Part shown: positions 37,294 to 49,452 of the stretch, piece after piece | How the letters are laid out: the number at the start of each line of letters is the position of its first letter | Numbering within the stretch: the first letter of the stretch is position 1 | Assembly (NCBI RefSeq): GCF_963921235.1 | Contig: NC_086108.1 | Location: forward strand, 48,548,001-48,612,000 | DNA from: Mobula hypostoma | Lineage: Eukaryota | DNA: 64,000 nucleotides | Direction of reading: 5' to 3' | The notes under the pieces: generated by a model | What the model saw: only the letters and a program-made list of their open reading frames with translations | Database searches by the model: none | Told to the model about the DNA's origin: nothing | Translations under genes and position numbers: made by a program

Positions 37294-37884
37294 CATTTAT
37301 TTGAAAATAAATGCAAATTAATCCAACAGTCTTTTATCCTTACACCCAGCTGCCAGTCATGCCTACTATCATTAATCTCAATGAATCCTATCTCAACTTC
37401 CAGATCTACCTCACTTCTACTTTGGATTCCACCCCCTTGAAACCTCATTGCATACTATCTAGTCATAATATAATAAATTATACAATTAGCTGACATTATC
37501 TTTTAAGTTCAATCTTCTCAACTATCTAACATAACTTACTTAAAATTTCTAACAACCGTCTGACTATATAAAACAAAACAGACTGACAAAATGTTCAAAC
37601 TTCAAAGTAAATTTATTATCAAAGCACACACACACACCAGCATATACAGCCCTCACATTGCAGGAATTCTCAATAAATCCAAAGAATAATAACCATAATA
37701 GAATGACTGAAAGACCGCACCAACAGGGCATACAACCGGACAACAAACGTCACAAATACAAAAATAATAATAAATAAACAAATAAACAATAAGTAGTGAA
37801 ACGTAGGAGGAAGAATCCTTGAAGGTGAGTCCATAGGTCATGGGAACATTTCCATGATGGGGCAAGTGAAGTTGAGTGAAGTTA

Positions 37885-38715
37885 ACAACAGGAATTCTGC
37901 AGATGCTGGAAATTCAAGCAACATACATCAAAGTTGCTGGTGAACGCAGCAGGCCAAACAGCATCTGTAGGAAGAGGCGCAGTCGACGTTTCAGGCTGAG
38001 ACCCTTCGTCAGGAGTAACTGAAGGAAGAGTGAGTAAGGGATTTGAAAGTTGGAGGGGGAGGGGGAGATCCAAAATGACAGGAGAAGACAGGAGGGGGAG
38101 GGATAGAGCCGAGAGCTGGACAGGTGATAGGCAAAAGGGGATACGAGAGGATCATGGGACAGGAGGTCCGGGAAGAAAGACAAGGGGGGGAGTGACCCAG
38201 AGGATGGGCAAGAGGTATATTCAGAGGGACAGAGGGAGAAAAAGGAGAGTGAGAGAAAGAATGTGTGCATAAAAATGAGTAACAGATGGGGTACGAGGGG
38301 GAGGTGGGGCCTAGCGGAAGTTAGAGAGGTCGATGTTCATGCCATCAGGTTGGAGGCTACCCAGACGGAATATAAGGTGTTGTTCCTCCAACCTGAGTGT
38401 GGCTTCATCTTTACAGTAGAGGAGGCCGTGGATAGACATGTCAGAGTGGGAATGGGATGTGGAATTAAATGTTTGGTTCGAGAGAGGTTGAGGGTAGTAA
38501 CTGTCACTGAATCTGGCAGTATGACTCCTACCACTTTGCATTTCTTCCTCCTCTCCCCCCACCCCACTTCCATCTTGCTCTGACTTCTCATCTTTTTTAC
38601 CAGTCCTGATGGAGGGTCTCATCTTTTCCCTGGACGCTGCCTGGCCTGTGGAGTTACTCCTGCATTTTGCACGTGTTGCTTTGTATTTCCAGCATCTGCA
38701 GACTTTCTTGTGCTT
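37885..38715 (-). mobile_element. Penelope-like element 3' end (GIY-YIG C-terminus) with an inverted partial terminal repeat
   Basis: FNSTSHSHSDMSIHGLLYC..RLEEQHLIFRLGSLQPDGMN on minus. Terminal-repeat sequence at 37885-38030 (minus) recurs inverted at about 38590-38715 (plus). Confidence 0.85.
37979..38022 (-). ncRNA. Minimal type I hammerhead ribozyme motif (PLE-type)
   Basis: Minus: CTGACGA-AGGGTCTCAGCCT-GAAA-CGTC-GACTG. Core intact; stem I partly mismatched. Confidence 0.7.
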
Positions 38716-38956
38716 GTGCTTTGGAACAGAACTCTCAGATTTAACAGACTGAATGGACCCGATTCTGCCCTATGATCATTTTGTGATTCTGACTGTCAGA
38801 ACCCAAAATCCTGTCAACCAGAACCTTAATTACTTCAGCTTGTTTAAGCAATCCAAGCCTACGGCTGCATAACAATCTTACATCCTGACACCCACTGTAG
38901 TCCGAATTCCCAAGTTTAAATGGTCCAGTGTAGCTGCACAAAGCAGAAATCACATC

Positions 38957-39360
38957 CATAGAACCATAGAACCATAGAAAGTACAGCACAGAAACAGGCC
39001 TTTTGGCCCTTCTTGGCTGTGCCGAACCATTTTCTGCCTAGTCCCACTGACCTGCACACGGACCATATCCCTCCATACGCCTCCCATCCATGTATCTGTC
39101 CAATTTATTCTTAAATTGTTAAAAAAGAACCCGCATTTACCACCTCGTCTGGCAGCTCATTCCATACTCCCACCACTCTGTGTGAAGAAGCCCCCCCTAA
39201 TGTTCCCTTTAAACTTTTCCCACCTCACCCTTAACCCATGTCCTCTGGTTTTTTCTCCCCTTGCCTCAGTGGAAAAACTCTGCTTGCATTCACTCTATCT
39301 ATACCCATCATAATTTGATATACCTCTATCAAATCTCCCCTCATTCTTCTACACTCCAGG
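38957..39360 (-). mobile_element. 5'-truncated CR1 3' end, different subfamily
   Basis: (CATAGAAC)n tail, stem aggcc..ggcc, and RT C-terminal remnant on minus. Confidence 0.8.
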
Positions 39361-40494
39361 GATCCATTGCATTAGTGATGATGAACTGGGGACAGCCAGC
39401 ACTGGAGAGCAGGAACTGCACCCACTTGAGGGCTACTTTGGGTCAGCCCCACACTGACCACAGATACCATTTGTTAGGGTGACTGCAGTCATTAGCCCGT
39501 TCTCTTTCAGGCAGAAGGGATCAGGAAGCAATTTAAAGCCTGACTTTCAAGGCTATGAAGGGTTTTGTCATCGAATCAGTGGCCAGATGTGTTGATCACA
39601 GCCTGGATGTCTGTCTGATTCAAAGGGGTGTCTGTCTATTTCCAGTGGCGAAGTGCATGCACTAGAGTGGTCAGCTAAGGACCAGAGGCAGTATCAGTTA
39701 ATGTTGTTTTAAATTAAACACCTCGCCTCCTTGTTTGAAAAGAAGGGTAGGAACAGAGTCTACAATAATTTCCAGAAGTGCGATGTACGGAAGGGAGTCG
39801 GAATCCAGGGTGTGGGAAAAGAATTGTGGATGTACAACGGCGAACAAACGCACACAGGAACAACGAGCTCCTGTTGGGAACGATTACTCCCGGAGGAGCC
39901 GAAACTACCTGCTCCCAGGCAGCGTCATTCCAACAGACTCGTTCCAAGGAGAAAAAGCAGCTTTAAATAACAGGCGTAGTGTTCGAAAAACAGTCTGAAG
40001 GTATGTTTCGGGAAGGTGAAGCCATAGGCTATTCTCCGAAATGTGCAATCAAGTGTGAGTCAGGTGGATCCGCCCGAAATCGGTACAGTACAGCAGAAAA
40101 CCAGTTTCTGCGTTCTGTCAGGGAAACTGACTCGCCCGGCTTCGAGAGAAACATTAACCTCGGCAGGGTCCCTTCCCAAATGTTTATAGTTATTTCATTC
40201 ATCGCGGGCGATTAATTAATTGGTAAGAATTTACTTTAAAAAGTGAACATGTTTTGATCGGGATCAACCAATATTGTGCAATAACTCTGCCGATTGCGCA
40301 CACGCCAGTACCGGGTGGAGTATAACTTGTTTGCACTTGGATTTTTCGGGGATGATCAGACCAACAAAGAATTATTGATTCTTTCATAAAGGGAGCGGGC
40401 GGGTGGAAGTGCTGAGTACTGGTTTTTTTTAAACAGTTCTCCAGGATGGGGAATAACTTGTTTGCACTCAGGTTTTCTGGGTCGGCGAGTAAGT

Positions 40495-40961
40495 TGTGAC
40501 ATGATTCACTCATTCTGCCTTTTCCCGTCAGTACGTTCGGAGACGACCCAAGTGCGGAGAGAGAGAGAGACACTGAAGCGAGTCGATAGTTCACAGACTT
40601 TAATGCAAACAGGATTTCAAGGGAAAAGAAAACAATAAACGCTAGGCCAAACACGGTCTTTAATTAAGACTCTCAAACGGACAACTAGATACCAACACCG
40701 CGGCTGAAAGGTATATCGAAATATACAACGGAATACCGTTGGTCTTCAGCGTCAGTCGACTCGATAGCCCACTTCCCCAGGTAAGGCCGAATGCAAGCAG
40801 GCAGCGTAACGTCGCTGGGCTTTTCGCAAGTCTCGACGAGCACTACAACAAAAAAGAAGGGAGTTAAATACCGCCATAATGAAATAATAACTAGCTGACA
40901 CTTGCATATTCAGGAGCGCTATCGCCGAATCTGTTGCGCTGTCGACTCCTCGGCTGTGACA
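40495..40961 (-). mobile_element. Probable solo LTR (Gypsy/sushi-type), CpG-rich
   Basis: Minus strand TGTCACA...TGTCACA ends, TATTTAA, ATTAAA, and cacttgggtc near the end, as in the LTRs at 41550. No TSD found; left boundary uncertain. Confidence 0.45.
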
Positions 40962-41188
40962 CTTAAACACTGGGTTTCTACATGTTGGGTTCCCGATCGT
41001 TGGGTTTCCTAATGCCATCCCCAGCGCCCCTTTACCTACCTGAGCAGGTGTGAACCAGACGTGGTCAGGAGTCAGTGGGGACGTGGCTTACTGAATGGTC
41101 TCCATGGTCTTCAAAGGGGCTTTGAGCACGGTTGTGAATCTTTTCTTTTGTGTGGTTGTCTATTCCAATGACATAGCCTAGAATGGAG

Positions 41189-41296
41189 TCTTTTTTCAGT
41201 CAGTCCTGACGAAGGGTCTCAGCCCAAAACGTCGACTGTATCTCTTCCTATAGATGCTGCTTGGCCTGCTGCGTTCACCAGCATTTTTTGTGTGTG
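41189..41296 (+). mobile_element. 108-bp Penelope-derived insertion carrying a hammerhead motif, with a 15-bp TSD
   Basis: TAGCCTAGAATGGAG at 41174-41188 and 41297-41311; CAGTC-CTGACGA-AGGGTCTCAGCCC-AAAA-CGTC-GACTG inside. Confidence 0.85.
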
Positions 41297-41549
41297 TAGC
41301 CTAGAATGGAGAGTCTGCAATGTGGCCAAGAAAATGACTGAGGACATTGGCCCCAGGGTGGATACTCACGTTGTCTCCATGTCTGTCTGTTGAATTAGCA
41401 CATTTTGCGGAGGCCACTTTGGTGATAATACCTCCAGTCATTCAAGATCTCAGTAGTTGTCAGTAGTCCAGATCTCAGAAGCTTGGCCATAAGCTCTGTG
41501 CATATCTGAGGTCCTTAACTAAAATAAACTTTTCTTCAATCAACTAAAC

Positions 41550-44104
41550 TGTCATGGGGGGGGGGCGCTGGGAGCGGACCCAAATGCAAGACACAGACAC
41601 TGAAGTACTAGGAAGAGGACTAGGTGTGTCAAGAAAGCAAGGGAAGTGGGGAAGAAATGATACTGGACAAGACACAGGCCCTGGACAAGGCTAGGATACA
41701 GGGCCTGGGCTAGGACTAGACTAGGAAAGCAGGACCTGGACGAGGAACTAGGAACTTGGAACCCGGACAAGGACACCGAGCCAGAGACTGGACAGGGGCC
41801 CGGAACCTGGTGGGCTCAGACCCCGGATCTAGGTGAGGACAAGACGTGGCTACAGGATGAGGAGTGGCAACAGGACTAGACGTGAGACTTCTGGACAGGA
41901 CGAGGGAACCCCAGCACCGGGCTGGGTGAGGTACTCCTAGGCTGCGTGACACACACGGACAGGACAAGAACACGAAGCCTTGACTTGGTCGAGGGAGACA
42001 GGAACGCAGAGCCTCGGCCTTGAGGGGGACAGGAACGCAGAGCCTCAGTTTGGAGAGGACAGAAACACAGAGGCTTGGTCGAGGGGGACAGGAACTTGGA
42101 ACACAGAGCCGGGACCCCTCCTTGAAAGCAGGATGTAGGGCCAGGACTCATACACAGAATATTGAGAGACAGATCTCCACTCAAGGTAGTGGCCAATGGC
42201 CGGACCTGCCCAGCGGAGGCAAGGGCACAAAGAGACAGTTCACAACACAAGGTAGCGGCAAACAGCTGGACCTACCTAGCAAAGGCATTGACACAGAGAC
42301 AGTTCCCAACTCAAGGTAGCAGCAAATGGCCGGACCTACCTAGCAAAGGCGAGGACACAAAGAGACAATTCCAAACAATGAAAGACAGTTCCTTATCTAG
42401 ACACAGCAAGGCCCCGATCTTGCCCTGGCGGTTGAACCTGACAGCATTGCAGGCGAGGCTTCAGAAGGAAAGGGAAGGGGAGGGAACAGTCCAGCAACTG
42501 AAGCTGAACCCAGGAGTTGTTTATGTAGCCAGCCCAAAATTAGAATCACGTGCCTCAGTTGAGGTACACAACAGGACAAGGGAAAACCAGAAAACCTGGA
42601 ACAAGGATCGACAGACCGGACCGTGAACCAGAATGCAGACTTCACAGATCGGACCATGACAGTATCCGCCCCTCTTCTATGGGAGCCTCCTGGTGACAGA
42701 ACAGGCTCTCCAGGACAAAGGACAACACGGGTGGGTGGGGGGGGGCATTCAACAGGAGGGAACCTAGGATTGCAAGAGTAAAATGACAGTGTCGGTGTCA
42801 CTAGGTCCATATTTGACTGGACTGCTCTGTCATGGGGGGGGGCGCTGGGAGCGGACCCAAATACAAGACACGGACACTGAAGTACTAGGAACAGGACTAA
42901 GTGTGTCAAGAAAGCAAGGGAAGTGGGGAAGAAATGATGCTGGACAAGACACAGGCCCTGGACAAGACCAGGATACAGGGCCTAGGCTAGGACAAGATTA
43001 GGAAAGCGAGACCTGGACGAGGAACAAGGAACTTGGAACCTGGACAAGGACTCCGAGCCGGAGATTGGACAGGGACCCGGAACCGAGTCTTGACTCTGGC
43101 TCGGACCCCGTATCTAGGTTAGGACAAGACGTAGCTACAGGACGAGGAGTGGCAACAGGACTGGACATGAGACTCCTGAACAGGATTAGGGAACCCCAGC
43201 ACTGGGCTAGGTGAAGTACTCCTGGGCTGGGTGAGGCACATGGACAGGACAAGAACACGAAGCTTTGACTTGGTCGAGGGAGACAGGAACGCAGAGCCTT
43301 GGTCGAGGGGGACAGGAATGCAGAGCCTTGGTCATGAGAGAACAGGAACATGGAACACAGAGCCAGGACCCGTCGTTGGGAACAGGACTTGGGGCCAGGG
43401 CTCAACACAGAGTCATCACCCTTCCTAGGGAGCAGGATGTAGGGCTGGGACTCATACACAGAACACTGAGAGATAGATCTCCACTCAAGGTAGCGGCAAA
43501 TGGCCGGACCTACCCAGCAGAGGCGAGGGCACGAAGAGACGGTTCCCAACACAAGGTAGCGGCAAACGGCCAGACCTACCTAGCGAAGGCGTGGACACAG
43601 AGACAGTTCCCAACTCAAGGTAGCGGCAAACGGCTGGACCTACCTAGCGAAGGTGTGGATACAGAGACAGTTCCCAACTCAAGGCAGCGGCAAACAGCCC
43701 AATCTACCTCGCGAAGGCGAGGACACAAAGAGCCAGTTCCATACAATGGAAGACAGTTTCTTATCTAGACACAGCAAGGCCCTGATCTCACCCTGGCAGT
43801 TGAACCTGACGGCATTACAGGCAAGGACACAGGCGAAGGTAGCAGGCGAGGTTTCAGGCGAAGGTAGCAGGTGAGGCTTCAGGTGAAGTTAGCAGGCGAG
43901 GCTTCAGAAGGAAGGGGAAGGGAAAGGAACAGTCCAGCAACTGAAGCTGAACCCAGGAACTGTTTATGTAGCCAGCCCAAAATGAGAATCGTGTGGCTCA
44001 ATTAAGGCACACAACAGGACAAGGGAAAACCTGAAAACCTGGAATAAGGATCAATGGACCAGACTGTGAACTGGAATGCGAACTTCATGGACCGGACCAT
44101 GACA
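41550..44104 (-). mobile_element. Non-autonomous sushi/Tf1-type LTR retrotransposon: LTRs 42828-44104 (5') and 41550-42661 (3'), 166-bp internal region
   Basis: Both LTRs run TGTCATG...CATGACA; 5-bp TSD TAAAC (41545-41549, 44105-44109). Minus-strand PPT AGAAGAGGGGCGGATAC; gag-start vestige ATGGACCTAG. Confidence 0.93.
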
Positions 44105-45329
44105 TAAACGCTGTGGCGGCACTTGAAAGTTGTGAATACCATTGCCGATATCTCTCTTGGCTAAGATCTGATTCACATATTTTTCAGTATCTTGGTGAGA
44201 ATCTTTACAGGTGGACCCCAGTGTGATGTAGTGGAAGCAGAGTGGTGGAGAATCCTTGTCCTGTAGATGTTGAGTGTAATGTCTTGTATTGTTTCAATGA
44301 ACAAGTCCAAGATGATTAATGAGTATATGTGAATGTTAGTGTAGACTGCATATGCAGCTCTACCTCTGAGATTTGGGTGACTATAGTTGTGGAGTGAACT
44401 GTAAACTGAGCTGTTTCAATTAGTCTTGAAATTTAGCTCCAGCCATAAAGGAAGGTTTGTGTAAGTGAATTTCAATATTGCTGCATGAAAGTTTGAGAAA
44501 TGCAATTGGGCAACAGAGCAGCCTTACTCAACAGGGGACTTCACTAAGATTTGCTCCACTGTTAATCTGTTAGCAAGTTTCATGTTTGACATACTATCAA
44601 GCAAATATAAAATGGAAATGACTTTCAGTGAGCAGCTGTATGTGAGAAAACTGTTCCCTAGAGTTATGGAGCCAACAACTTCAGTGAGATCTAGAAAGGG
44701 CACATGCCACAGCTGAAGCTGCTCCCTGTATTTTTCATGGAGTTGTCACATAATTAAGATCACATTCACTGTGCCTCCAGATAGACAGAATCCACGTTGT
44801 GAGTTGCGGAAGCAGTTCTTTAGCAAGTTAGAAGGAACCCTGTGTAACGTTGAGTCAGGTTTGCAGGTCTGGCAAGTGAGACAGAAGATGCATGGACTGT
44901 GAATGAGTATATTAAATCATTTATTCACAAACAGTAAAAATTCAACCAAACATTCATGTTCCCCAAGTTATAGACACTAGAAAGCTGAATATTCAAGAAA
45001 CAAACTTAGTTAAAAATGTGCACAGAGCATACCTTCCAAATGGTCATGTGCAGCACTTGCCTTCAACAAAGGGAGGTAGGTAGAACCTCCTACATGTGCT
45101 TTCTACATACCCAGGATATTTGAAAATGGACACCAGGTAGCTAACCCATAGGAAATGCAGCTGTAGTTTCTAAACTAACCAATCACGACAGAAGCAACTT
45201 TTGATAATCAGAATAAGCCACACCACCCAGAGGACACGCTGGTGATGACTTTCTTGTGGCAGACAGCAGGGAAACCTTATGTGGTTGCACAGTCGAACTT
45301 GTCTACTTTTTTTTTAAAGATTTTATGAT

Positions 45330-45635
45330 TAGTTTTCTTTGTTACTTGTACATTGAAACACACAGAGAACTGCATCATTTTTGTCAATGACCAACAATCT
45401 TAAGTGTGTGTTGGGGCAGCTCGCAAGTGTTGCAATGTTTCTAGCGCCAACAAAACACACTCGCAACTTATTCACCCTAACCCATACACCTTTGAAATGT
45501 GGAATGAAACCTGAGCACCCAGAGGAAACCCACATGGTCATGGGAAAAGCATACAAACTCCTTACAGACAGCAGTGGAATTGAACCCCAGTCACTTGAGC
45601 TGTAATAGCTTCACGCTAACCACTAGCTACCCTGT
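45330..45635 (-). mobile_element. tRNA-derived SINE (V-SINE/HE1-like)
   Basis: aaacctgagcacccagaggaaacccacatgg..caaactccttacagacagcagtggaattgaacc (B box on minus). Confidence 0.75.
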
Positions 45636-46609
45636 CACTCCTAATTTTCTTGAATTTGGTCACAGATAAGGCAACTCTACCATGCCTGGAATTTGCTGCC
45701 TTCCCAGATGTGATTAAAATTTTGGATTTGTCACTCCCACTTTTCACCACACAGTTGATGAGGTCTTTGAGGTCAGCACAACATTGTGGGCCGAAGGGCC
45801 TGTTATGTGCTGTAAATTTCTATGTTCTATGTTTGATATGATCCTTTCAGCAAATTTAGCTGCTTCTCTGTCACTGATAACCTCGCCCACTGTTGGTTCT
45901 CATTGGGTCCCTGACTATCTGGGCCACTGATGGCTTTTACAGCACTGAAGATCCTGCATATGTAATGGTTGTGAGTTGCTCTTCCATCCATCATGTCTTT
46001 AGGTTAAGCGTTTTCTGCTGGACCCTACTCTTCAGGTACCAGTAGAAATTTTTCCTTTACCCTAAGGAACATGGAGCTTCCAATTCAGTTACACCTAAAG
46101 TTTGTGATTAACTAGTTCCTCCATCTTCTAGTCATCTTATCAAGCCATTTCTGGATATTTTTTGGTCGTTAATACCTTACCAGATGCTTCACAGTAAGTT
46201 GTAGTTCCCGAAGGTGGAGAGTTAACAGGACGTCTGTGAGGTGCTGATGGAGAAGAACTACCTCTTTCAGATCCCTGAGAGCTCTGGCATTGATCCTTGT
46301 GTTGACACTGCCATTCTAGGGCCAGGATGATGATGGAAATGGAGTCGATGAGGTAGTAATCAGTCACCACCTTAGCAGAGTACTGCAAACAACTTTGCAG
46401 TTCCCCACTCGGATGGCGATATAATTTATCAGGAGTGAGCCCTTGGACTGTGGCTTAACCTATGTGCCTGTCAGGACATTGGTTATGGCAAGGCTTGCTG
46501 GAAGTACCCTGGAGTTTGTCAAGTGTCAACATCAGCTGCTATAAATGTTTGGCAACATGGGATCCCTCTGGATAAGTGATTCAGGATCTGATTCAGAATC
46601 AGATGTATT

Positions 46610-46990
46610 TTCACTAACTTAGTTGTGAAATTTGTTGCTTTCTGGCAGAAATAGAGTGATATATCGATGATACATGAATGGATGGATGGATGGTGAGATA
46701 GTGTTCTCGGACCATTCAGAAATCTGATGGCAGAGGAGAAGCACTTCCTAAAAAATTGAATGTGGGTCTTCAGGCTCCTGTACCTCATACCTGATGGTAG
46801 TTCATAAGAAGAGGGCCTGTCCCAGACGGTGAGGATCCATAATGATAGATGCTACCTTCTTGAGGCACATTCTCTCAACGATGTCCTCAGTGTGGGGGTG
46901 CGGGGGGGAGGCTTGTGCCAATGATGGACCTAGCTGAGTTTACAATCCTCTGAAGCTTCTTTTGATCCTGTGCATTGGAGCCTCCATAGG
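46610..46990 (-). mobile_element. Rex1/Babar-like LINE 3' fragment
   Basis: Minus RYRSLKTHIQFFRKCFSSAIRFLN, similar to the termini at 16225-16855 and 55210. Confidence 0.65.
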
Positions 46991-46994
46991 AAGC

Positions 46995-47340
46995 CAAAGA
47001 TTCATTGAAGATGATTTATGTGTTTCCTCAAAACATAACACTTACCTTGAGCTACTTTCTTTTATAATCCATAACCATCTGTAGGCTGAGGCAGTGAAAA
47101 ACTTTCCTGTTCATAAGAAGATCTGTGCTCTGAAGAGAAGCAATTCTAGTGAAGCTATTGGTTGTCTAAACCCATGGGAAGCCACCTATGAGGCAAAGTG
47201 CTACATCCAAGATGTTGTTTGAAATTACTGCTTGCAAATACACTGCCCGGGTGGTAAGCAGCTCCTTAGAAGACAAGGCCGAGATCTGTTGCAGATGCTC
47301 GGAAAGATCCTGTAGTGAAAAATTTGACCTTCATGGAGAG
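46995..47340 (-). pseudogene. PIF/Harbinger (DDE_Tnp_4, HARBI1-like) transposase fossil
   Basis: Manual minus translation: KFFTTGSFRASATDL..LIGGFPWV*..MNRKVFHCLSLQMVMD, matching the FxTGSF / GFPxV / NRKGxHSxNxQxVxD motifs. Stops and a frameshift present. Confidence 0.8.
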
Positions 47341-48168
47341 AGCAGTCTAGGCATGAGAACATAGCCATAGATCTTCCTGCAACATGTAATGTACCTCAAA
47401 GCTCAACTTGAAATTCTCAACCTGAACCTGAAAAGTTTGCTCATAGATGTATTTGGGTAGAATGTGTCATAGGGTCTTCTCCATTGCTTATGCCTTTGCC
47501 TCCACTTACTGATCCACTTGTCAGTAATGAATTATTGTCAGTGATATCATAGCTGAAATAAATATTGCATGAGTATTGCAGTAGCTAAATTTGTATGTAA
47601 AAATACACTGACATTTTGCGCATTCTTTGGTGGCTGACATATTATATTAGAGCTGTCAGTCAGATCTCCCCATTCAACAGAATGTCACTTCTGCTGGCAG
47701 AATCAGGATAACATGTTCCAAGTTCTGTCGAGGCAATGCAGTTAGAAAGGAGCAGAAGGCTGCGATTCTCTGGTAAGGGTGAGAGTGGGTAGTTAGCGGT
47801 TAAGAATGTTATATGATGTATGTCTGATGCCAAGAAAATGTCAATGCTGCCAATATGGAGGTACCCAGTCCAGTTTCATGTCCGGCACAATGTGGCCCAG
47901 ACATGATTCCAGCACAATGAATAATAGTTAAGATCTAAACTGAACTACACACTATCCAAAGAACAGGCAACGTGTAATCCAATTTTCAGATTACATTGTA
48001 CTGTGATCCAGAAATGCACTACAAGGAACAGCTGGAGATCAGGGAGAGAGGCAAGGGGAGAGTGTATTGTCCTGCCCCCATTAGCAGCACTTCCTGCTGA
48101 ATAAAGTGGTAACTACTGCTGTGGAGATTCTGAATAGAGGGGCCCAGAACAATGGTATTTTAGGGTAA

Positions 48169-49452
48169 TGCAATAGGTGGAAATACATGCATAATTCGCA
48201 ATCATTGAGTTGGAGTTAAGAGGCTGGTCTGACGTGATGACATGAAGATTTTACTGCGCCTTATGTTCTATGTTTGGTTGACAATAAGAGTGAATTGTTA
48301 CAATTTCCCTTAAACGTAAAACACCTCCATCGTTTTACTTGCAAAAACTTACATTGGTGACCCCGATGCTCTAGGACGATTCCAGTGTTATTCAGTGTGT
48401 CGGCCAGTGCAGTCACTTTGAGACCGCTGGAGTTTTGGGAGCAAAATGCCGTCACTTGGCTTGTACAAAGCAAGGCCCAATTCATGCTGCAAGAAATCTC
48501 CACGGATAACACTAGATATTATTACATAGTAGTGTCACTGCGTGGTTCCATGGCCATAAGAGTGGTGAGTCTGATTGAACACCAGCCAGAAATCGAAAAA
48601 TATCGCATGCTGAAAACTCACCTCTCACAGTCTTTTGGACTCTCAGAGTCTGAACACACCACAAAGTTGCTCTGAGGGTTTTCCCTGATGGATGAGTGGT
48701 GGCATGATCATCTCCTATGAGTCCTGCTGGGGCTCAGAACGGCCCCAAAAGAGGACCAGCTGTAGGCCAGGGCTGAGTGAGTATATGGACAGCCATTAGG
48801 AGTGCCTTGTGATTTTATTCCTGACATCACAACGGCCTGGTTGTCCTCTCAACAGCATTCCATCCTCCTCAGTAAACTCATCCTTCTGCGTGTATTTCTA
48901 CCTCCCATCATGGCACTAGGCACTGTTGGGTTCATATTGACCTACACTCTGCCTTGTTCATTTTCATCCGCCATGATGCACATCCCCTTAGGCCCCCTTA
49001 TGATGGCCTGTTCCACATTTTGGAACAGAGAGAAAAGACTTTTATCATAGATAGGAGGGGTCATCCTGAATGGATTTCAGTAGATTGCCTTAAACCGGCC
49101 CACAAAAAGTTGGAAGACTTCACTACCATTCCCCTAGCATCGTAACATGACCTGAGCATGAGGACAAGCCAGAGGCACCTGCTGTTACTCCATCCATGGA
49201 ACACAGGACATAGGACCCAAGCCAGGCAGCTTATCTGAGCTCCAGACAGGGTAATGTAACGGCTGGAAACATATGCATAATTCACAACCACCAACATTGA
49301 GTTGGATTCACGTTAACAGGCCAGTCTGATGTGATGATGTAATGGTGTGGTTTTTTCTGCGCTTTACGTTCTGTGTTTGACAATAAAAGTGAGTAGTTAT
49401 GGTTGCTCTTGACGTTATGACAGCTCTCCCATTTTATTTGCGAAAACCTACA
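48169..49452 (+). mobile_element. Old, internally deleted Gypsy element (LTRs about 48169-48353 and 49255-49452; tRNA-Trp PBS; gag start fused to integrase end)
   Basis: Diverged direct repeats ending in TACA; TGGTGACCCCGA at 48355; EFWEQNAVTWLVQSKAQF; LLGLRTAPKED; PPYDGLF..VDCLKPAH. Confidence 0.85.

Noticed and set aside
42160..43910. Regularly spaced ~62-bp and 25-bp repeats resembling a CRISPR array
   Set aside because: The units are contiguous degenerate tandem repeats with no unique spacers, lie inside LTRs, and there are no cas genes in this vertebrate DNA.
47046..47376. Minus-strand segment bracketed by cag| and |gtaagt as a possible host exon
   Set aside because: It contains stops, and Harbinger similarity continues past the apparent donor.
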